Shown: positions 10,424 through 25,242 of the stretch, piece by piece
Layout of the letters: every line of letters starts with the position of its first letter
How positions within the stretch are numbered: position 1 is the stretch's first letter
Assembly: GCA_046733875.1 (NCBI GenBank)
Contig: JBKPQB010000010.1
Location: 690 to 64,689, forward strand
Source: Acidobacteriota bacterium
GTDB lineage: Bacteria > Acidobacteriota > Vicinamibacteria > Vicinamibacterales > 2-12-FULL-66-21
Direction: 5' to 3'
DNA: 64,000 nt
Made by a program: the position numbers and the translations under genes
Notes under the pieces: model-generated
Database searches by the model: none
Told to the model about the DNA's origin: nothing
What the model saw: the letters and a program-made list of their open reading frames with translations, nothing else

Positions 10424-11503
10424 TCACTGGGGCGCATCTGATAGGTCCTGCCTCCGGATCCGCTCGGCGATCGCCTTCGCGACATCACTGCAGGATGCGC
10501 TGCCTCCGATATCGCGTGTCCTGCGGCCGTCCGTGATGGTGCGCTCCACCGCCGCCTCGACGGCATTCGCCTCGGTTTCGAGCTTCAGCGCATGCCGCAG
10601 CAGCATCGCGCCCGACAGGATCGCGCCGATCGGATTCGCCGCGTTCAATCCCGCGATGTCGGGTGCGGATCCGTGCACCGGCTCGAACAGTCCGGTCTTG
10701 TCGCCAAGGCTTGCAGACGGCAGGAGTCCAAGCGAACCCACAACCGCGCCTGCTTCGTCGGAAAGAATGTCGCCGAACAGGTTCTCCGTCAGGACGACGT
10801 CGAACGACGCCGGTGCGAGCGTCAGCCGCATCGCGCATGAATCGACGTACATGTGCTCTACGCGCACGTCCGGGTAATCGCGCGCGACAGTGTTGACGAC
10901 CGCGCGCCAGAGGCGCGACGTCTCGAGCACGTTCGCCTTGTCCACCGAAGTCACGTGCCTGCGACGGTTCTTCGCGGCATCGAACGCGACGCGCGCGATG
11001 CGCGTTACCTCCGCTCGCGAGTAGCGCATCGTGTTCCACGCGCTGTCGCCCTCAGGAGAGAGCCCGCGCGGCTCCCCGTAATACAACCCTCCCGTCAGCT
11101 CGCGGACGACGAGGACATCCGTGCGGGCGAGGACCTCGGGCTTGAGCGGTCCGGCGGCTTCGAGTCCCTTCCAGACACGCGCCGGACGCAGGTTCGCGTA
11201 CAGCCCGAGGCGCTGGCGAATCTGCAGCAGCGCGGCTTCGGGTCTTTGATGCGGCGGATGCGAATCGAAATCCGGATGGCCGACCGCGCCCAGGAGAATA
11301 GCGTCCGCCTCGAGGCTCGCGGCGAGCGTCTCATCGGGCAGTGGTGTGCCGGTGGCGCGGAGGGCCGCGCCGCCGATCAGGTGCGTCTGGAAATCAAAAG
11401 AGTGGCCGAACACCTCGGCAACGCGCTCGAGCACGAGCTGCGCGCCGGACGTCACCTCTGGCCCGACCCCATCGCCGGGCAGCAGCACGACGCGTGCGTT
11501 CAT
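10424..11503 (-). CDS. leuB: 3-isopropylmalate dehydrogenase
   Basis: LLPGDGVGPEV, YANLRP, VRELTGGLY, VDKANVL, NLFGDILSDEA, EPVHGSAPDIAG. Confidence 0.97.
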   Translation of the reverse strand: MNARVVLLPGDGVGPEVTSGAQLVLERVAEVFGHSFDFQTHLIGGAALRATGTPLPDETLAASLEADAILLGAVGHPDFDSHPPHQRPEAALLQIRQRLGLYANLRPARVWKGLEAAGPLKPEVLARTDVLVVRELTGGLYYGEPRGLSPEGDSAWNTMRYSRAEVTRIARVAFDAAKNRRRHVTSVDKANVLETSRLWRAVVNTVARDYPDVRVEHMYVDSCAMRLTLAPASFDVVLTENLFGDILSDEAGAVVGSLGLLPSASLGDKTGLFEPVHGSAPDIAGLNAANPIGAILSGAMLLRHALKLETEANAVEAAVERTITDGRRTRDIGGSASCSDVAKAIAERIRRQDLSDAPQ

Positions 11504-11509
11504 CCGACT

Positions 11510-12748
<1,239 letters not shown>

Positions 12749-12831
12749 TGAGGACCCTCCTTCTTTCTCTTGTACATGGCCCAGGGCCACAAGTCCAATT
12801 TATAGTTATTTGGTTTACATTAGGATTGCTT

Positions 12832-13755
12832 ATGCAACTGCAGGATCTTGCGGCTTTTCTGGCCGTTGCGGCCGATCGCAGCTTCTCGACGGCCGCCCGG
12901 CGCCTCCATCGGACGCAGCCGGCGGTCAGCCAGGCCATCCGCCGGATCGAGGACGAGTTGGGCGAACGGCTCTTCGACAGGTCATCGCGCGACGGCACCC
13001 TGACCGAAGCGGGCCGCCTGTTGCACGGATATGCACAGCGCCTCCTCGCGCTCGCCGGCGAGGCGCAGGTTGCCGTGCGGGAGCTGCAGCAGGTCAGGCG
13101 GGGCCGCGTGATCCTCGGGGCGAACGAAGCCGCTGTGCACAGCCTGCTGCCCGCGGTGGATCGATTCGCCCGGCTGCACCCGGGCGTCGCGATCGACGTG
13201 CGCCGTGTACCCTCGCGCCAGATGGCCGAGGCCGTGCTGGACCGGTCGATTGATTTCGGCGTCTTGACGTTCCAGCCCGCTGATCGTGGCATCCAGACGG
13301 TCCTGCTCGGAGGCGACGAGCTCGTCCTGCTCACGTCGCCTCGTCATCCTCTGGCGTCGCGTCCGCGCGTTACACTGCAGGAAGTCGGGCGCGAGGTCGT
13401 CATCGCGCACAACGATCCCTCGCCGACGCGCGAGCGCGTGCTGCGCGCGTATGAACGGCGGCGCACATCGATCAACATCCAGATCTCGCTGCCGAGCCTC
13501 GACGGCATCAAGCGCGCGGTGGAGATGGGGATTGGCGTCGCCCTGCTGCCGCGGCGGTGCGCGCTGACGGAGATCGCGCGCGGCCACCTCGCCGCGGTTC
13601 GCGTCCCGGATCTGGGCGCGACGCGCCAGGTCCGGCTCGTCTTCAGGAAGACGGGAGAACGCAGCCGCGCATCAGATGCGTTTCTGGAAGTCGTTCGCGG
13701 GATGGCTCCTGCAAAGGATGCCCAGGCGGCCCTGAAAGGGCCGTCCCACGCATAG
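12832..13755 (+). CDS. LysR-family transcriptional regulator, divergent from leuA
   Basis: MQLQDLAAF...SFSTAARRLHRTQPAVSQAIRRIEDELGERLFDR HTH plus substrate-binding domain. The AT-rich leuA/LysR intergenic region contains the T-N11-A dyad ATTAG-N5-CTTAT. Confidence 0.95.
   Translation: MQLQDLAAFLAVAADRSFSTAARRLHRTQPAVSQAIRRIEDELGERLFDRSSRDGTLTEAGRLLHGYAQRLLALAGEAQVAVRELQQVRRGRVILGANEAAVHSLLPAVDRFARLHPGVAIDVRRVPSRQMAEAVLDRSIDFGVLTFQPADRGIQTVLLGGDELVLLTSPRHPLASRPRVTLQEVGREVVIAHNDPSPTRERVLRAYERRRTSINIQISLPSLDGIKRAVEMGIGVALLPRRCALTEIARGHLAAVRVPDLGATRQVRLVFRKTGERSRASDAFLEVVRGMAPAKDAQAALKGPSHA
13726..13749. repeat. REP-like hairpin at the LysR 3' end
   Basis: CGGCCCT-GAA-AGGGCCG followed by CCAC (GTGG foot on the other strand). 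Same architecture as the copies at 30126, 52675 and 54425. Confidence 0.5.
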
Positions 13756-13788
13756 GGCCGCGTCGCGCGGGCCGTTTGTGATCTTGGC

Positions 13789-14397
13789 CTACCAGCCGCT
13801 CACATATGGCAACCGCTCGGCCACAGCCCTCACTTCGTCGAAGTTCTCGAGCAGCAGACCGGTCGCATCCCAGCTGCCATTGAGGAACGCATCGCGCGCC
13901 GCGGCGGGCAACGAGAGAGGAAAGCTCCGGCCGGCCGCGCTCACCTCCATCGACTCCAGATTGGCCGTCAGTTTCGTTTCGGGATTGCGCTCGACGATGT
14001 CCATGAGCGTGTTGACGGCATCCGCGCTCGCTGTGGGACAAGGCATCCCGAGCGCAACCGAATTGCCGAAAAAAATCTCCGAGAAAGACTGCCCGAGCAC
14101 GAGGCGAATCCCGCGACGCCGGATTGCCTGGGGCGCGTGCTCGCGCGACGAGCCGCATCCGAAGTTCGCGTTCACGAGCATGATCGACGCGGACGCGTAG
14201 GTCGGGTTCGATACCGGATGTGTGCCCGACTGCCGCACATCCACCTGACGACGATCGTCTTCGAAGAGATGCTGCTCGAGCCCTTCGAAGGTGATCGCTT
14301 TCAGGAACCGCGCGGGAATGATTCGATCGGTATCGATGTCGTCGCCGCGCACGGGGAGCGCGGTGCCCGTGATCTCGCGAACTCGTTCAACGGCCAA
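13789..14397 (-). CDS. leuD: 3-isopropylmalate dehydratase small subunit
   Basis: [37 protein letters not shown]. Confidence 0.96.
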   Translation of the reverse strand: MAVERVREITGTALPVRGDDIDTDRIIPARFLKAITFEGLEQHLFEDDRRQVDVRQSGTHPVSNPTYASASIMLVNANFGCGSSREHAPQAIRRRGIRLVLGQSFSEIFFGNSVALGMPCPTASADAVNTLMDIVERNPETKLTANLESMEVSAAGRSFPLSLPAAARDAFLNGSWDATGLLLENFDEVRAVAERLPYVSGW

Positions 14398-15784
14398 TGG
14401 CCACCTCCGCCGTGGCGAACTCGCGCACGTCGACGACTTCTCCCGCCACCGCCGCCGCTGCCACCATCGCGGGACTCATGAGGAGCGTACGTCCCGTCGG
14501 GCTTCCCTGTCGTCCCTTGAAGTTGCGGTTCGAAGACGAGGCGCAGATCTGGCGTCCCTCGAGGCGATCGGGGTTCATCGCGAGGCACATCGAGCACCCG
14601 GCGCCGCGCCATTCGAAGCCCGCGTCGGTGAAGACGCGATCGAGCCCTTCGCGCTCGGCCGCGGCGCGGACGGCCTGTGAACCCGGGACGACAATCGCCT
14701 GCACGTGGGAGGCGACGTGCTGTCCCTGCACGACGCGCGCGGCCTCGCGCAGATCCGACAGGCGTCCGTTCGTGCACGAGCCCACGAACGCGACGTCGAT
14801 GCGCGTGCCTTTCAGCGGCTGACCGCGGCTGAATCCCATGAACGACAGCGCCTCGTCGTCTGCCGACGCCGGAATGCGCTCGTCGATTGCGATCGACTGG
14901 CCGGGATTGATGCCCCAGGTGACGGTCGGCCGGATCCTCGACGCCTCCAGCGTGATCTCATCGTCGTATCGCGCGTCCGGATCGGACGCCATGGACATCC
15001 ACCACGCCGACGCGCGCTCGAAGTCGTCCCCCTGCGGCGCGAGCGGACGTCCGCGCAGGTACTCGATGGTCGTGCGATCCGGATTCACGTAACCTACGCG
15101 CGCCCCGCCCTCGATCGACATGTTGCAGATCGTCATGCGCTCTTCCATCGACATGCGCTCGATGGTGTCGCCCGCATACTCGTACGCGTATCCGACGCCT
15201 CCCTTGACGCCGAGCCGCTGGATGATTTCCAGAATGACGTCCTTGGCGTAGACGCCGGGCTGCAGCCGGCCGCGCACGGAGATCCGCCGTGCTTTCAGCG
15301 GGTCCATAGCGAGGCACTGCGACGCGAGCACATCCCGCACCTGCGTCGTCCCGATGCCGAAGGCAATCGCACCGAACGCACCGTGCGTCGACGTGTGGCT
15401 GTCGCCGCAGGCAATCGTCATCCCCGGCTGCGTGATCCCCAGCTCCGGCCCGATGACATGGACGATGCCCTGCTTGCCGCTGGAGAGATCGAGCAGCCGG
15501 ATGTGGTGCTCGGCGCAGTTGCGCTCGAGCGACGACAGCATCTCTTCGGCCATGAGATCGACGAACGGCCGCCGCTGATCGCGCGTCGGGACGATGTGGT
15601 CCACGGTTGCGAGGGTGCGATCGGGGAACGCGACGCGGCCGCCGCGGGCGCGGAGCATGTCGAATGCCTGCGGGCTCGTGACTTCGTGCACGAGGTGCAG
15701 GCCGATGAAGAGTTGGGTCTGGCCAGTCGGGAGCCGGCGAACGGTGTGCGCGTTCCAGACTTTCTCGAGCAGTGTGGCGCCCAT
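14387..15784 (-). CDS. leuC: 3-isopropylmalate dehydratase large subunit
   Basis: [48 protein letters not shown]. Confidence 0.98.
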   Translation of the reverse strand: MGATLLEKVWNAHTVRRLPTGQTQLFIGLHLVHEVTSPQAFDMLRARGGRVAFPDRTLATVDHIVPTRDQRRPFVDLMAEEMLSSLERNCAEHHIRLLDLSSGKQGIVHVIGPELGITQPGMTIACGDSHTSTHGAFGAIAFGIGTTQVRDVLASQCLAMDPLKARRISVRGRLQPGVYAKDVILEIIQRLGVKGGVGYAYEYAGDTIERMSMEERMTICNMSIEGGARVGYVNPDRTTIEYLRGRPLAPQGDDFERASAWWMSMASDPDARYDDEITLEASRIRPTVTWGINPGQSIAIDERIPASADDEALSFMGFSRGQPLKGTRIDVAFVGSCTNGRLSDLREAARVVQGQHVASHVQAIVVPGSQAVRAAAEREGLDRVFTDAGFEWRGAGCSMCLAMNPDRLEGRQICASSSNRNFKGRQGSPTGRTLLMSPAMVAAAAVAGEVVDVREFATAEVAIGR

Positions 15785-15816
15785 TTGGGGATGGTACCAC
15801 GGGCGCAGGCGCCTGA

Positions 15817-15847
15817 GGAGGTTGGAGGTTGGAGGTTGGAGGTTGGA
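15817..15847 (+). repeat. Heptamer tandem array (GGAGGTT)x4, left flank of the four-helix-bundle gene
   Basis: Four perfect copies at 15817-15844 plus a partial GGA. Confidence 0.95.
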
Positions 15848-15966
15848 CGGCCGGGCGCGCGTCTTGCCGCTACAGGGCCGTCGCCCTCTCGTTCAGCGAA
15901 TTACAGGCCGTAGTTGCAGAAACAGCATTTCTGGATGCTTGGGGGGATGGCAGAAATGAGGCTCAT

Positions 15967-16392
15967 ATGAGCGAGATAAAAGATCATCGCGATCTTGAGG
16001 CTTGGCAGGTTGGTATGGAGGCTGTGATGAAGACCTATGTTCTGACCGCCGGATTTCCAAAATCGGAGACGTACGGTTTATCGGCGCAGATGCGTCGCGC
16101 TGCTGTATCGGTTCCGTCAAACATCGCTGAGGGGCAGGCGCGGCGCGCGATCCGCGCTTGTGTGAATCACCTCGGTATTGCACTCGGATCCTATGCCGAG
16201 CTGGACACACAACTGGAGGTTTCACTGCGCCTCGGCTACACAATTCCATCGGAAGCGAGAGACCTGAAGCAGTGCATCGATTCGGGCAGACGGTTACTGC
16301 ACGGACTTCGCCGCGCACAACAACGCCGTCTCGCGGCTTCGGGAGCGACGTGCGCGTTTGTGCTTCTTCTTGCGGTTCGGCTCTTCGCGTGA
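15967..16392 (+). CDS. Four-helix-bundle protein (23S rRNA IVS protein / bAvd-like family)
   Basis: MSEIKDHRDLEAWQ...FPKSETYGLSAQMRRAAVSVPSNIAEG...ALGSYAELDTQLE family signature, with an extra hydrophobic C-terminal tail. Confidence 0.92.
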   Translation: MSEIKDHRDLEAWQVGMEAVMKTYVLTAGFPKSETYGLSAQMRRAAVSVPSNIAEGQARRAIRACVNHLGIALGSYAELDTQLEVSLRLGYTIPSEARDLKQCIDSGRRLLHGLRRAQQRRLAASGATCAFVLLLAVRLFA

Positions 16393-16591
16393 CCTGCGTT
16401 CCATCACCGAAGCGACTGCCCGGCTGTCGCTCCCGAGTCGCCAACTGCTCGATCCGCATCACGGCCTTGGACCCTTTCTGTCCCGGATGACGTTTGTCGT
16501 TCTGCTCATCACGGAATGTCTTTTCAATTCGCCAGCACTGGTCGCCGGGTCGTACACACCCGGAGGCGCCCGATCAAGCAGGTGCGTCGCA

Positions 16592-16665
16592 TTCAACATC
16601 CAACGTCCAGACTCCTCCGATCCAGCGTCCAGCCCCCAACCTCCAACCTCCAGCATCCAACCTCC
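16592..16665 (+). repeat. Degenerate heptamer array (TCCARCN)x~10, inverted relative to 15817-15847
   Basis: Units TTCAACA, TCCAACG, TCCAGAC, TCCAGCG, TCCAGCC, CCCAACC, TCCAACC, TCCAGCA, TCCAACC. TCCAACC is the reverse complement of GGTTGGA. Confidence 0.9.
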
Positions 16666-16685
16666 GCGTATACTGAAGATCCCGC

Positions 16686-18959
16686 ATGTCTTTCCTCTCC
16701 AATCTGAACCCCGAACAGCGTGAGGCCGTCCTCCAGATCGACGGTCCCCTCCTCATCCTCGCCGGCGCGGGCTCTGGAAAAACGCGCGTCATCACTTATC
16801 GCATCGCCTACATCGTCGGAGACGGCCACGCCAAGCCCGACGAGGTGCTCGCAGTCACGTTCACCAACAAAGCCGCCGGCGAGATGCGCGAGCGCGTCGA
16901 ATCGCTCCTGGGGAAGGAATGCAATGGCATCTGGCTGTCGACGTTCCATTCGCTCTGCGCGCGGCTGCTGAGGCGTGAGGCGCCGCACATCGGGCTATCG
17001 CGCGATTTCGTCATCTACGACTCGTCGGACCAGATTGCCGTCGTGAAGCAGGCCGAGCGCGAGCTCGGCATCGACGACAAGCTCGTACCCCCGCGCATGG
17101 CGCTCGCGCGCATCAGCCAGGCGAAGAACCGGATGGAAGGGCCCGACTCGCTGCGCGGCCAGTGGAACCTGCGCGACGAGCAGATCGCGAAGATCTACGA
17201 ACGCTATCTGCGCGCGCTCGCTGATTCGAACGCCCTCGACTTCGACGATCTGCTCTTGAAGACCGTGGAGCTCTTCGAGACCTCGGACGCAACGCGCGAA
17301 CGCTACGCGCGGAAGTTCCGGTACGTCATGGTGGACGAGTACCAGGACACGAACCGCCCGCAATACCTTCTCATCAAGCGCGTGTCGGAAATCCATCGCA
17401 ATCTGGCCGTGGTCGGCGATCCAGACCAGTCCATTTACAAGTGGCGCGGCGCGGATCTCAGAAACATTCTCGATTTCGAACACGATTTTCCGGAGGCACA
17501 GATCGTCCGGCTCGAGCAGAACTATCGCTCGACGCAAGTGATCCTGGACGCGGCCACCGCGGTCATCCAGCAGAACCGCAATCGCAAGGACAAGCGCCTA
17601 TGGACGGAGCGCAAGGGCGGGCGGAACATTCTTTATTTCCGCGGCGGCGACGAGCTCGAAGAGGCGGACTTCATCACGCGGACCACGAAGCAGGCACGCG
17701 CCGAGGACGTCGACGCCACCCTCGCGGTGCTCTACCGGACGAACGCGCAGTCGCGCGCCATTGAAGACGCGCTCATGCGCGAAGGGGTCGCGTACAAGAT
17801 CATCGGGGGCGTCCGGTTCTACGAGCGCAAGGAAATCAAGGACGCGCTCGCCTATCTCAAGCTGATCATCAACCCGCACGACGACGTGAGTCTGCGGCGC
17901 GTAATCAACGTGCCCGCGCGCGGGATTGGCAAAGGCGTCATGGACGCGCTGCAGGCGATCGATCCCGAGGCTGTCGCGGCGGACGCTCCTCCCCTGCTCG
18001 CCGCGGGCCTCGCCGAGGTCAGCTCCGCTCGCTCTCTGTGGGCACGGCTGGTCTACGCCGTCGACGAAGGAAAGCTTGGCAATCGTGCGGTCGCGTCGCT
18101 GCGCGTCTTCCGCGATCTCATCGTGGGCCTCGCGCAGGCCGCGCGCGAAGATCCCGTCTCCATCGCGATCGGGAAGATGCTCGATCGAACCGGATACCTG
18201 AACGATCTCCGCGAGGAGAATTCCGAAGAGGCGAACGAACGGATCGAGAACCTGATGGAGCTCGTCTCGGCGGCGCGCGAGTACGAGACGCGTGAACCGG
18301 AGGCCTCCCTTGGCGGGTTCGTCGACCGCCTCTCGCTGCTCTCCGAGGCCGATGAAGAGTCGGGCACGCGGGAAGCCAAGGTCTGGCTGATGACGATGCA
18401 CGCGGCGAAGGGGCTGGAGTTCCCGGTCGTGATCATCGCGGGGATGGAGGACGGTCTGTTTCCGCACTCGCGTTCGTCCGAGGATGAGGCCGAAATCGAG
18501 GAGGAGCGCCGCCTCTTCTACGTGGGCATGACGCGTGCGGAATCGCGTCTCGTTCTGACGGGCGCGGCGCGCCGCCGGATCTTCGGCGAGTACCAGGGGA
18601 CGCAGCCGTCACGATTCCTCGCGGAGATTCCCGCGGAGCTCGTCGAGCGCGTCGACGTGGAGAGGCCGGCGTACCCTGGGACGTTTACGCACGCACATTA
18701 CGAGTTCCGGACGAACCCGTACGGCCGCAAGGGACGGGGCGCGCGGTTCAGGGAGGACGCGCCCACTTACGCCTACGAGGACGAGGATCAGTCGGGGGCG
18801 GCGCTCCGGCCCGGCATGCGCGTGAGGCACGCGCAGTTCGGCGTCGGGACCGTGCTCGCGGTCGATGAGCATACCGACGATCTCAAGGTGACGGTCCGTT
18901 TCAATTCAGTGGGTCAGAAGAAACTGCTCGCGAAGTTCGCGAAGCTCACTCCGGCGTAG
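16686..18959 (+). CDS. pcrA: UvrD/PcrA ATP-dependent DNA helicase
   Basis: LNPEQ, AGAGSGKTRV, VDEYQDTN, VGDPDQSIY, LEQNYRS, TMHAAKGLEF, EERRLFYVGMTRA, C-terminal Tudor-like VRHAQFGVG. Confidence 0.95.
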   Translation: MSFLSNLNPEQREAVLQIDGPLLILAGAGSGKTRVITYRIAYIVGDGHAKPDEVLAVTFTNKAAGEMRERVESLLGKECNGIWLSTFHSLCARLLRREAPHIGLSRDFVIYDSSDQIAVVKQAERELGIDDKLVPPRMALARISQAKNRMEGPDSLRGQWNLRDEQIAKIYERYLRALADSNALDFDDLLLKTVELFETSDATRERYARKFRYVMVDEYQDTNRPQYLLIKRVSEIHRNLAVVGDPDQSIYKWRGADLRNILDFEHDFPEAQIVRLEQNYRSTQVILDAATAVIQQNRNRKDKRLWTERKGGRNILYFRGGDELEEADFITRTTKQARAEDVDATLAVLYRTNAQSRAIEDALMREGVAYKIIGGVRFYERKEIKDALAYLKLIINPHDDVSLRRVINVPARGIGKGVMDALQAIDPEAVAADAPPLLAAGLAEVSSARSLWARLVYAVDEGKLGNRAVASLRVFRDLIVGLAQAAREDPVSIAIGKMLDRTGYLNDLREENSEEANERIENLMELVSAAREYETREPEASLGGFVDRLSLLSEADEESGTREAKVWLMTMHAAKGLEFPVVIIAGMEDGLFPHSRSSEDEAEIEEERRLFYVGMTRAESRLVLTGAARRRIFGEYQGTQPSRFLAEIPAELVERVDVERPAYPGTFTHAHYEFRTNPYGRKGRGARFREDAPTYAYEDEDQSGAALRPGMRVRHAQFGVGTVLAVDEHTDDLKVTVRFNSVGQKKLLAKFAKLTPA

Positions 18960-21426
18960 CATCGGGCTCTTCGTCCGCTTCCTTCTCCGCAAGCTTCGCG
19001 ACGGAGACGACCGCGTCGCCTTCTTCCATCTCGATCAGCCGGACCCCCTGCGTCGCGCGGCCGATCGTGCGGATGTCGCCGGCCTTCATACGCAGGATCA
19101 TCCCCTGCTGGCTGATCAGCATCACCTCATCATCGTCGTGCACGTAGGCAATCCCGACGACCTTGCCGTTGCGGTCACTGGTCTGGATGTTGATGATGCC
19201 GACGCCGCCGCGCGACTGGAGGCGATACTCGTCGAGGCCGGTGCGCTTGCCGTAGCCGTTCTGCGCGACGGTCAGGAGCGTGCCTCCCTCGCGCACGACT
19301 TCCATCGCGACTACCTCGTCCCCTTCCCGGAGGCTGATGCCGCGCACGCCGTACGCGCCCCTCCCCATCGAGCGGACGTCGTTCTCGTCGAAGCGGATGG
19401 CCATGCCGTCGTGCGTGCCCAGAAAGATCTGCTCGTGGCCCTCCGAGAGCTCGACGGCGATGACGGCGTCCCCTTCGTCGACGCCCATCGCGATGATCCC
19501 GCCTGCGCGCGGGTTGCGGAAGGATGAGAGGTCCGTCTTCTTGACGACGCCCTTCCGCGTCCCCATGACGACGAACTGCTGGCCGTCCTCGGCCGGAAAC
19601 TCCTTGACCGCGAGCAGCGCCGCGATGCGTTCCCCTTCCTCGAGCTGCACGAGATTCGCGATCGCCTTGCCCTTGCCGCCAGGGCCGACGTCCGGAATCT
19701 CATGGACCTTCAGCCAGTACGCGCGGCCGCGGTCCGTGAAGATCATGATGTAGGCGTGCGTCGACGCGACGAAGAGGTGGCTGAGGTAGTCCTCTTCGCG
19801 CGTGCGCATGCCGATCCGGCCCTTCCCGCCGCGGCGCTGCGCGCGATACGTGGAGATCGCCGTGCGCTTGATGTAGCCGGTGTTCGTCACCGTGATCGCC
19901 ATGTCCTCGTCGGCGATCAGATCTTCGATGCGGAACTCGCCGCTCTCGTCGATGATCTCCGTCCGGCGGTCGTCGCCGAACTTCTCGCGGACGTCCCGCA
20001 GCTCTGCGATCACCACCTGCATCAGCAGGTCGTCACTCGACAGAATCGCGCGCAGGCGCTCGATTGTCTTCATGAGCTCAACGAGCTCGTCGAGAATCTT
20101 CTGGCGCTCCAGGCCCGTGAGGCGCTGAAGCTGCATGTCGAGAATGGCCTGCGCCTGAACCTGCGTCAGCGAGAACTGCGTGATCAGCCCCTCGCGCGCT
20201 TCGACAGGACTCTTCGATCCGCGAATGAGCCTGATGACCTCGTCGAGATGATCGAGCGCGATCTTCAGGCCCTCGAGGATGTGCGCCCGCGCTTCCGCCT
20301 TGCGCAGCTCGAACTCGGTCCGGCGCCGCACCACTTCGCGGCGGAACTCGACGAAGTTCTCGATCACGTCGAGCAGCGTGAGGATCTTCGGCCGGCCTGC
20401 GGCGATCGCCAGCATGATGACGCCGAAGGTCGTTTGAAGCTGGGTGTGCTTGTAGAGATTGTTGAGCACGACCTCCGGCACTTCCCCGCGCTTCAGCTCG
20501 ATGACGATCCGCATGCCGTCGCGGTCGGATTCGTCGCGCAGATCGGAAATGCCTTCGATCGTCTTCTCACGATGCAGTTCCGCGATGCTTTCAATCAGCC
20601 GCTTCTTGTTGACCTGATACGGAATCTCTGTCACGACGAGCGATGTCTTCTCGCCCTTCCTCGACTCCTCGGTCGCGACGCGCGCGCGGACGGTGATCGC
20701 GCCGCGTCCCGTCGTGTAGGCCTGGTAGACACCGGCGCGTCCGACGATGAAACCGCCCGTGGGAAAGTCAGGGCCTGGAACCGTACGCAGAACGGCTTTG
20801 AGCCGCTCCTGCTTCGTGCCGTTGCGGTGCTCGATCGCCGCAAGGACGCCGTCGATGACCTCGCGCATGTTGTGCGGCGGCACGTTCGTCGCCATACCGA
20901 CCGCGATGCCCGCGGATCCGTTGACGAGCAGGTTGGGGAACGTCGTCGGAAGGACCGTCGGCTCTTCAGTGCTCTCGTCGTAGTTCGGAACGAAGTCGAC
21001 GGTCTCCTTGTCGAGATCCGCCATCATCGCTTCGGCGAGCGGCTCCGGGCGAGCCTCGGTGTACCGCATCGCCGCGGGCGGATCGGCGTCGACCGAGCCG
21101 AAGTTCCCCTGGCCGTCGACCAGGGGATAGCGCATGTTGAATTCCTGCGCCAGGCGGACGAGCGTGTCGTAGATCGACGCGTCGCCATGGGGATGGAAGT
21201 TCCCCATGACCTCGCCGACGATCTTCGCGCATTTGCGGTACGCGCGGTTCGACGCGAGCCCCATCGTACGCATGCCGTACAGCACCCGCCGATGCGCAGG
21301 TTTCAATCCGTCGCGGACGTCAGGCAGCGCTCGCCCGATGATCACGCTCATGGCGTAATCCATGTACGAGCGCTTCATCTCGTCCTCGATGTTGACGGGG
21401 ACTTTCGAAGCAGCGATCTCTGTCAT
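18946..21426 (-). CDS. gyrA: DNA gyrase subunit A
   Basis: [26 protein letters not shown] catalytic Tyr, GyrA-box QRRGGKG, beta-pinwheel repeats. Confidence 0.98.
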   Translation of the reverse strand: MTEIAASKVPVNIEDEMKRSYMDYAMSVIIGRALPDVRDGLKPAHRRVLYGMRTMGLASNRAYRKCAKIVGEVMGNFHPHGDASIYDTLVRLAQEFNMRYPLVDGQGNFGSVDADPPAAMRYTEARPEPLAEAMMADLDKETVDFVPNYDESTEEPTVLPTTFPNLLVNGSAGIAVGMATNVPPHNMREVIDGVLAAIEHRNGTKQERLKAVLRTVPGPDFPTGGFIVGRAGVYQAYTTGRGAITVRARVATEESRKGEKTSLVVTEIPYQVNKKRLIESIAELHREKTIEGISDLRDESDRDGMRIVIELKRGEVPEVVLNNLYKHTQLQTTFGVIMLAIAAGRPKILTLLDVIENFVEFRREVVRRRTEFELRKAEARAHILEGLKIALDHLDEVIRLIRGSKSPVEAREGLITQFSLTQVQAQAILDMQLQRLTGLERQKILDELVELMKTIERLRAILSSDDLLMQVVIAELRDVREKFGDDRRTEIIDESGEFRIEDLIADEDMAITVTNTGYIKRTAISTYRAQRRGGKGRIGMRTREEDYLSHLFVASTHAYIMIFTDRGRAYWLKVHEIPDVGPGGKGKAIANLVQLEEGERIAALLAVKEFPAEDGQQFVVMGTRKGVVKKTDLSSFRNPRAGGIIAMGVDEGDAVIAVELSEGHEQIFLGTHDGMAIRFDENDVRSMGRGAYGVRGISLREGDEVVAMEVVREGGTLLTVAQNGYGKRTGLDEYRLQSRGGVGIINIQTSDRNGKVVGIAYVHDDDEVMLISQQGMILRMKAGDIRTIGRATQGVRLIEMEEGDAVVSVAKLAEKEADEEPDATPE

Positions 21427-21432
21427 GAATCC

Positions 21433-24078
<2,646 letters not shown>

Positions 24079-24087
24079 TCAGTCAGA

Positions 24088-25203
24088 TCAGATGCGCATC
24101 GGCATGATCACGTACGTGTATTCGTACCCCTCGGCGCCAACTGGCTTCATCACCGCCTGGCTCATCTCGTCCTTGAACTCGAGGGAAACGATGTCCGTCT
24201 CGACCACGCCGAGAAAGTCGAGAACGTATTGCGCGTTGAAACAGATCGTCACCGGCGCGGCCGCGTAGTCCACCATCACCACTTCCTTGGCCTCACCGAA
24301 CTCCGGGCTGCTCGAAGCGATCTCCACCTTGCCCTTGTCGATCTGGAACTTCACCGCGCGCGACCGTTCGTTCGACAGCAGCGCCACGCGCTTGACGGCG
24401 CTCGTCAGTCGATCGCGATCGAACTCGATGCGTTTGTCGTTGCTCTTTGGAATGACGCGTTCGAACGCGGGGAACTGGCCGTCGATCATCCGCGAGATCA
24501 ACAGGCGTCCGCCGATGTCGAAGAACAGATGGTTCTCGCCGCGCTCATACTGGATTGGCCCTTCCCCTTCCATCAGCAGGCGTCCGAGTTCGAGGAGCGT
24601 CTTCCTCGGCAGGATGACCCGCACGTCTTCGTCCGGCTTCCCTTTCCTTCCCGTGTCGCGAGGCACCGTGATGAGCGCGAGACGATGGCCGTCCGTCGAC
24701 ACCAGGCTCATCGAATCGGCCCGCAGGATGAACAGCGCGCCGTTCAGGAAGTACCGGGTGTCTTCACCGGTGATCGCGAACTGCGTCTTCGAGACCATCT
24801 GCCGCAGCACGTCTCGCGGAAGCGTCGCGCTGTAGGTGCCGGTCGCCTCGGGCAGCGACGGAAAATCCTCCCGGGGAAGCGTCTGCATGCGCGAGTCGAA
24901 TCGATCCGCGGCAACCTTCACGCCTCCCTTGTCCTCCTCGATCCGCACGTCCGTCTCCGGCAGCGCCTTGACGATCTCGTACAGCTTCTTGGCCGGAAGG
25001 GTGAGCGATCCCCCCTTGGACACGTTCGCCGTGCAGCGGCTGCGCAGGCCGACCTCGAGATCGGTCGCCAGCATCTTCATTTCCTCGCCGTTCGCCTCGA
25101 GCAGCACGTTGGCCAGGATCGGAATCGTGTTCTTGCGTTCGACGATCCCCTGGAAGAGCTGAAGTTCGCGCAGCAGATCAGTCTTGCGGACGACCAGTTC
25201 CAT
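24088..25203 (-). CDS. dnaN: DNA polymerase III beta sliding clamp
   Basis: MELVVRK...TIPILANVL, ATDLE, STDGHRL, FPAFERVIP, VIMPMRI. Start at CAT 25201-25203. Confidence 0.97.
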   Translation of the reverse strand: MELVVRKTDLLRELQLFQGIVERKNTIPILANVLLEANGEEMKMLATDLEVGLRSRCTANVSKGGSLTLPAKKLYEIVKALPETDVRIEEDKGGVKVAADRFDSRMQTLPREDFPSLPEATGTYSATLPRDVLRQMVSKTQFAITGEDTRYFLNGALFILRADSMSLVSTDGHRLALITVPRDTGRKGKPDEDVRVILPRKTLLELGRLLMEGEGPIQYERGENHLFFDIGGRLLISRMIDGQFPAFERVIPKSNDKRIEFDRDRLTSAVKRVALLSNERSRAVKFQIDKGKVEIASSSPEFGEAKEVVMVDYAAAPVTICFNAQYVLDFLGVVETDIVSLEFKDEMSQAVMKPVGAEGYEYTYVIMPMRI

Positions 25204-25242
25204 AGTGGTGATCTCTGAAATGAGGAGAGAGAAACGGAACAA

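Noticed and set aside
15948-15963. Sigma54-like TGGCAGAAATGAGGCT before the four-helix-bundle gene
   Set aside because: It lies only 3 nt before the ATG, so the start site would fall inside the ORF, and the -12 element is poor.
16389-16490. 33-aa Cys-rich ORF overlapping the four-helix-bundle stop (GTGA)
   Set aside because: No RBS, no recognisable motif, atypical codons; cannot be distinguished from chance.
15967-16590. Diversity-generating retroelement (Avd-like gene)
   Set aside because: No reverse transcriptase and no template/variable repeat pair with adenine-specific mismatches seen in the window.
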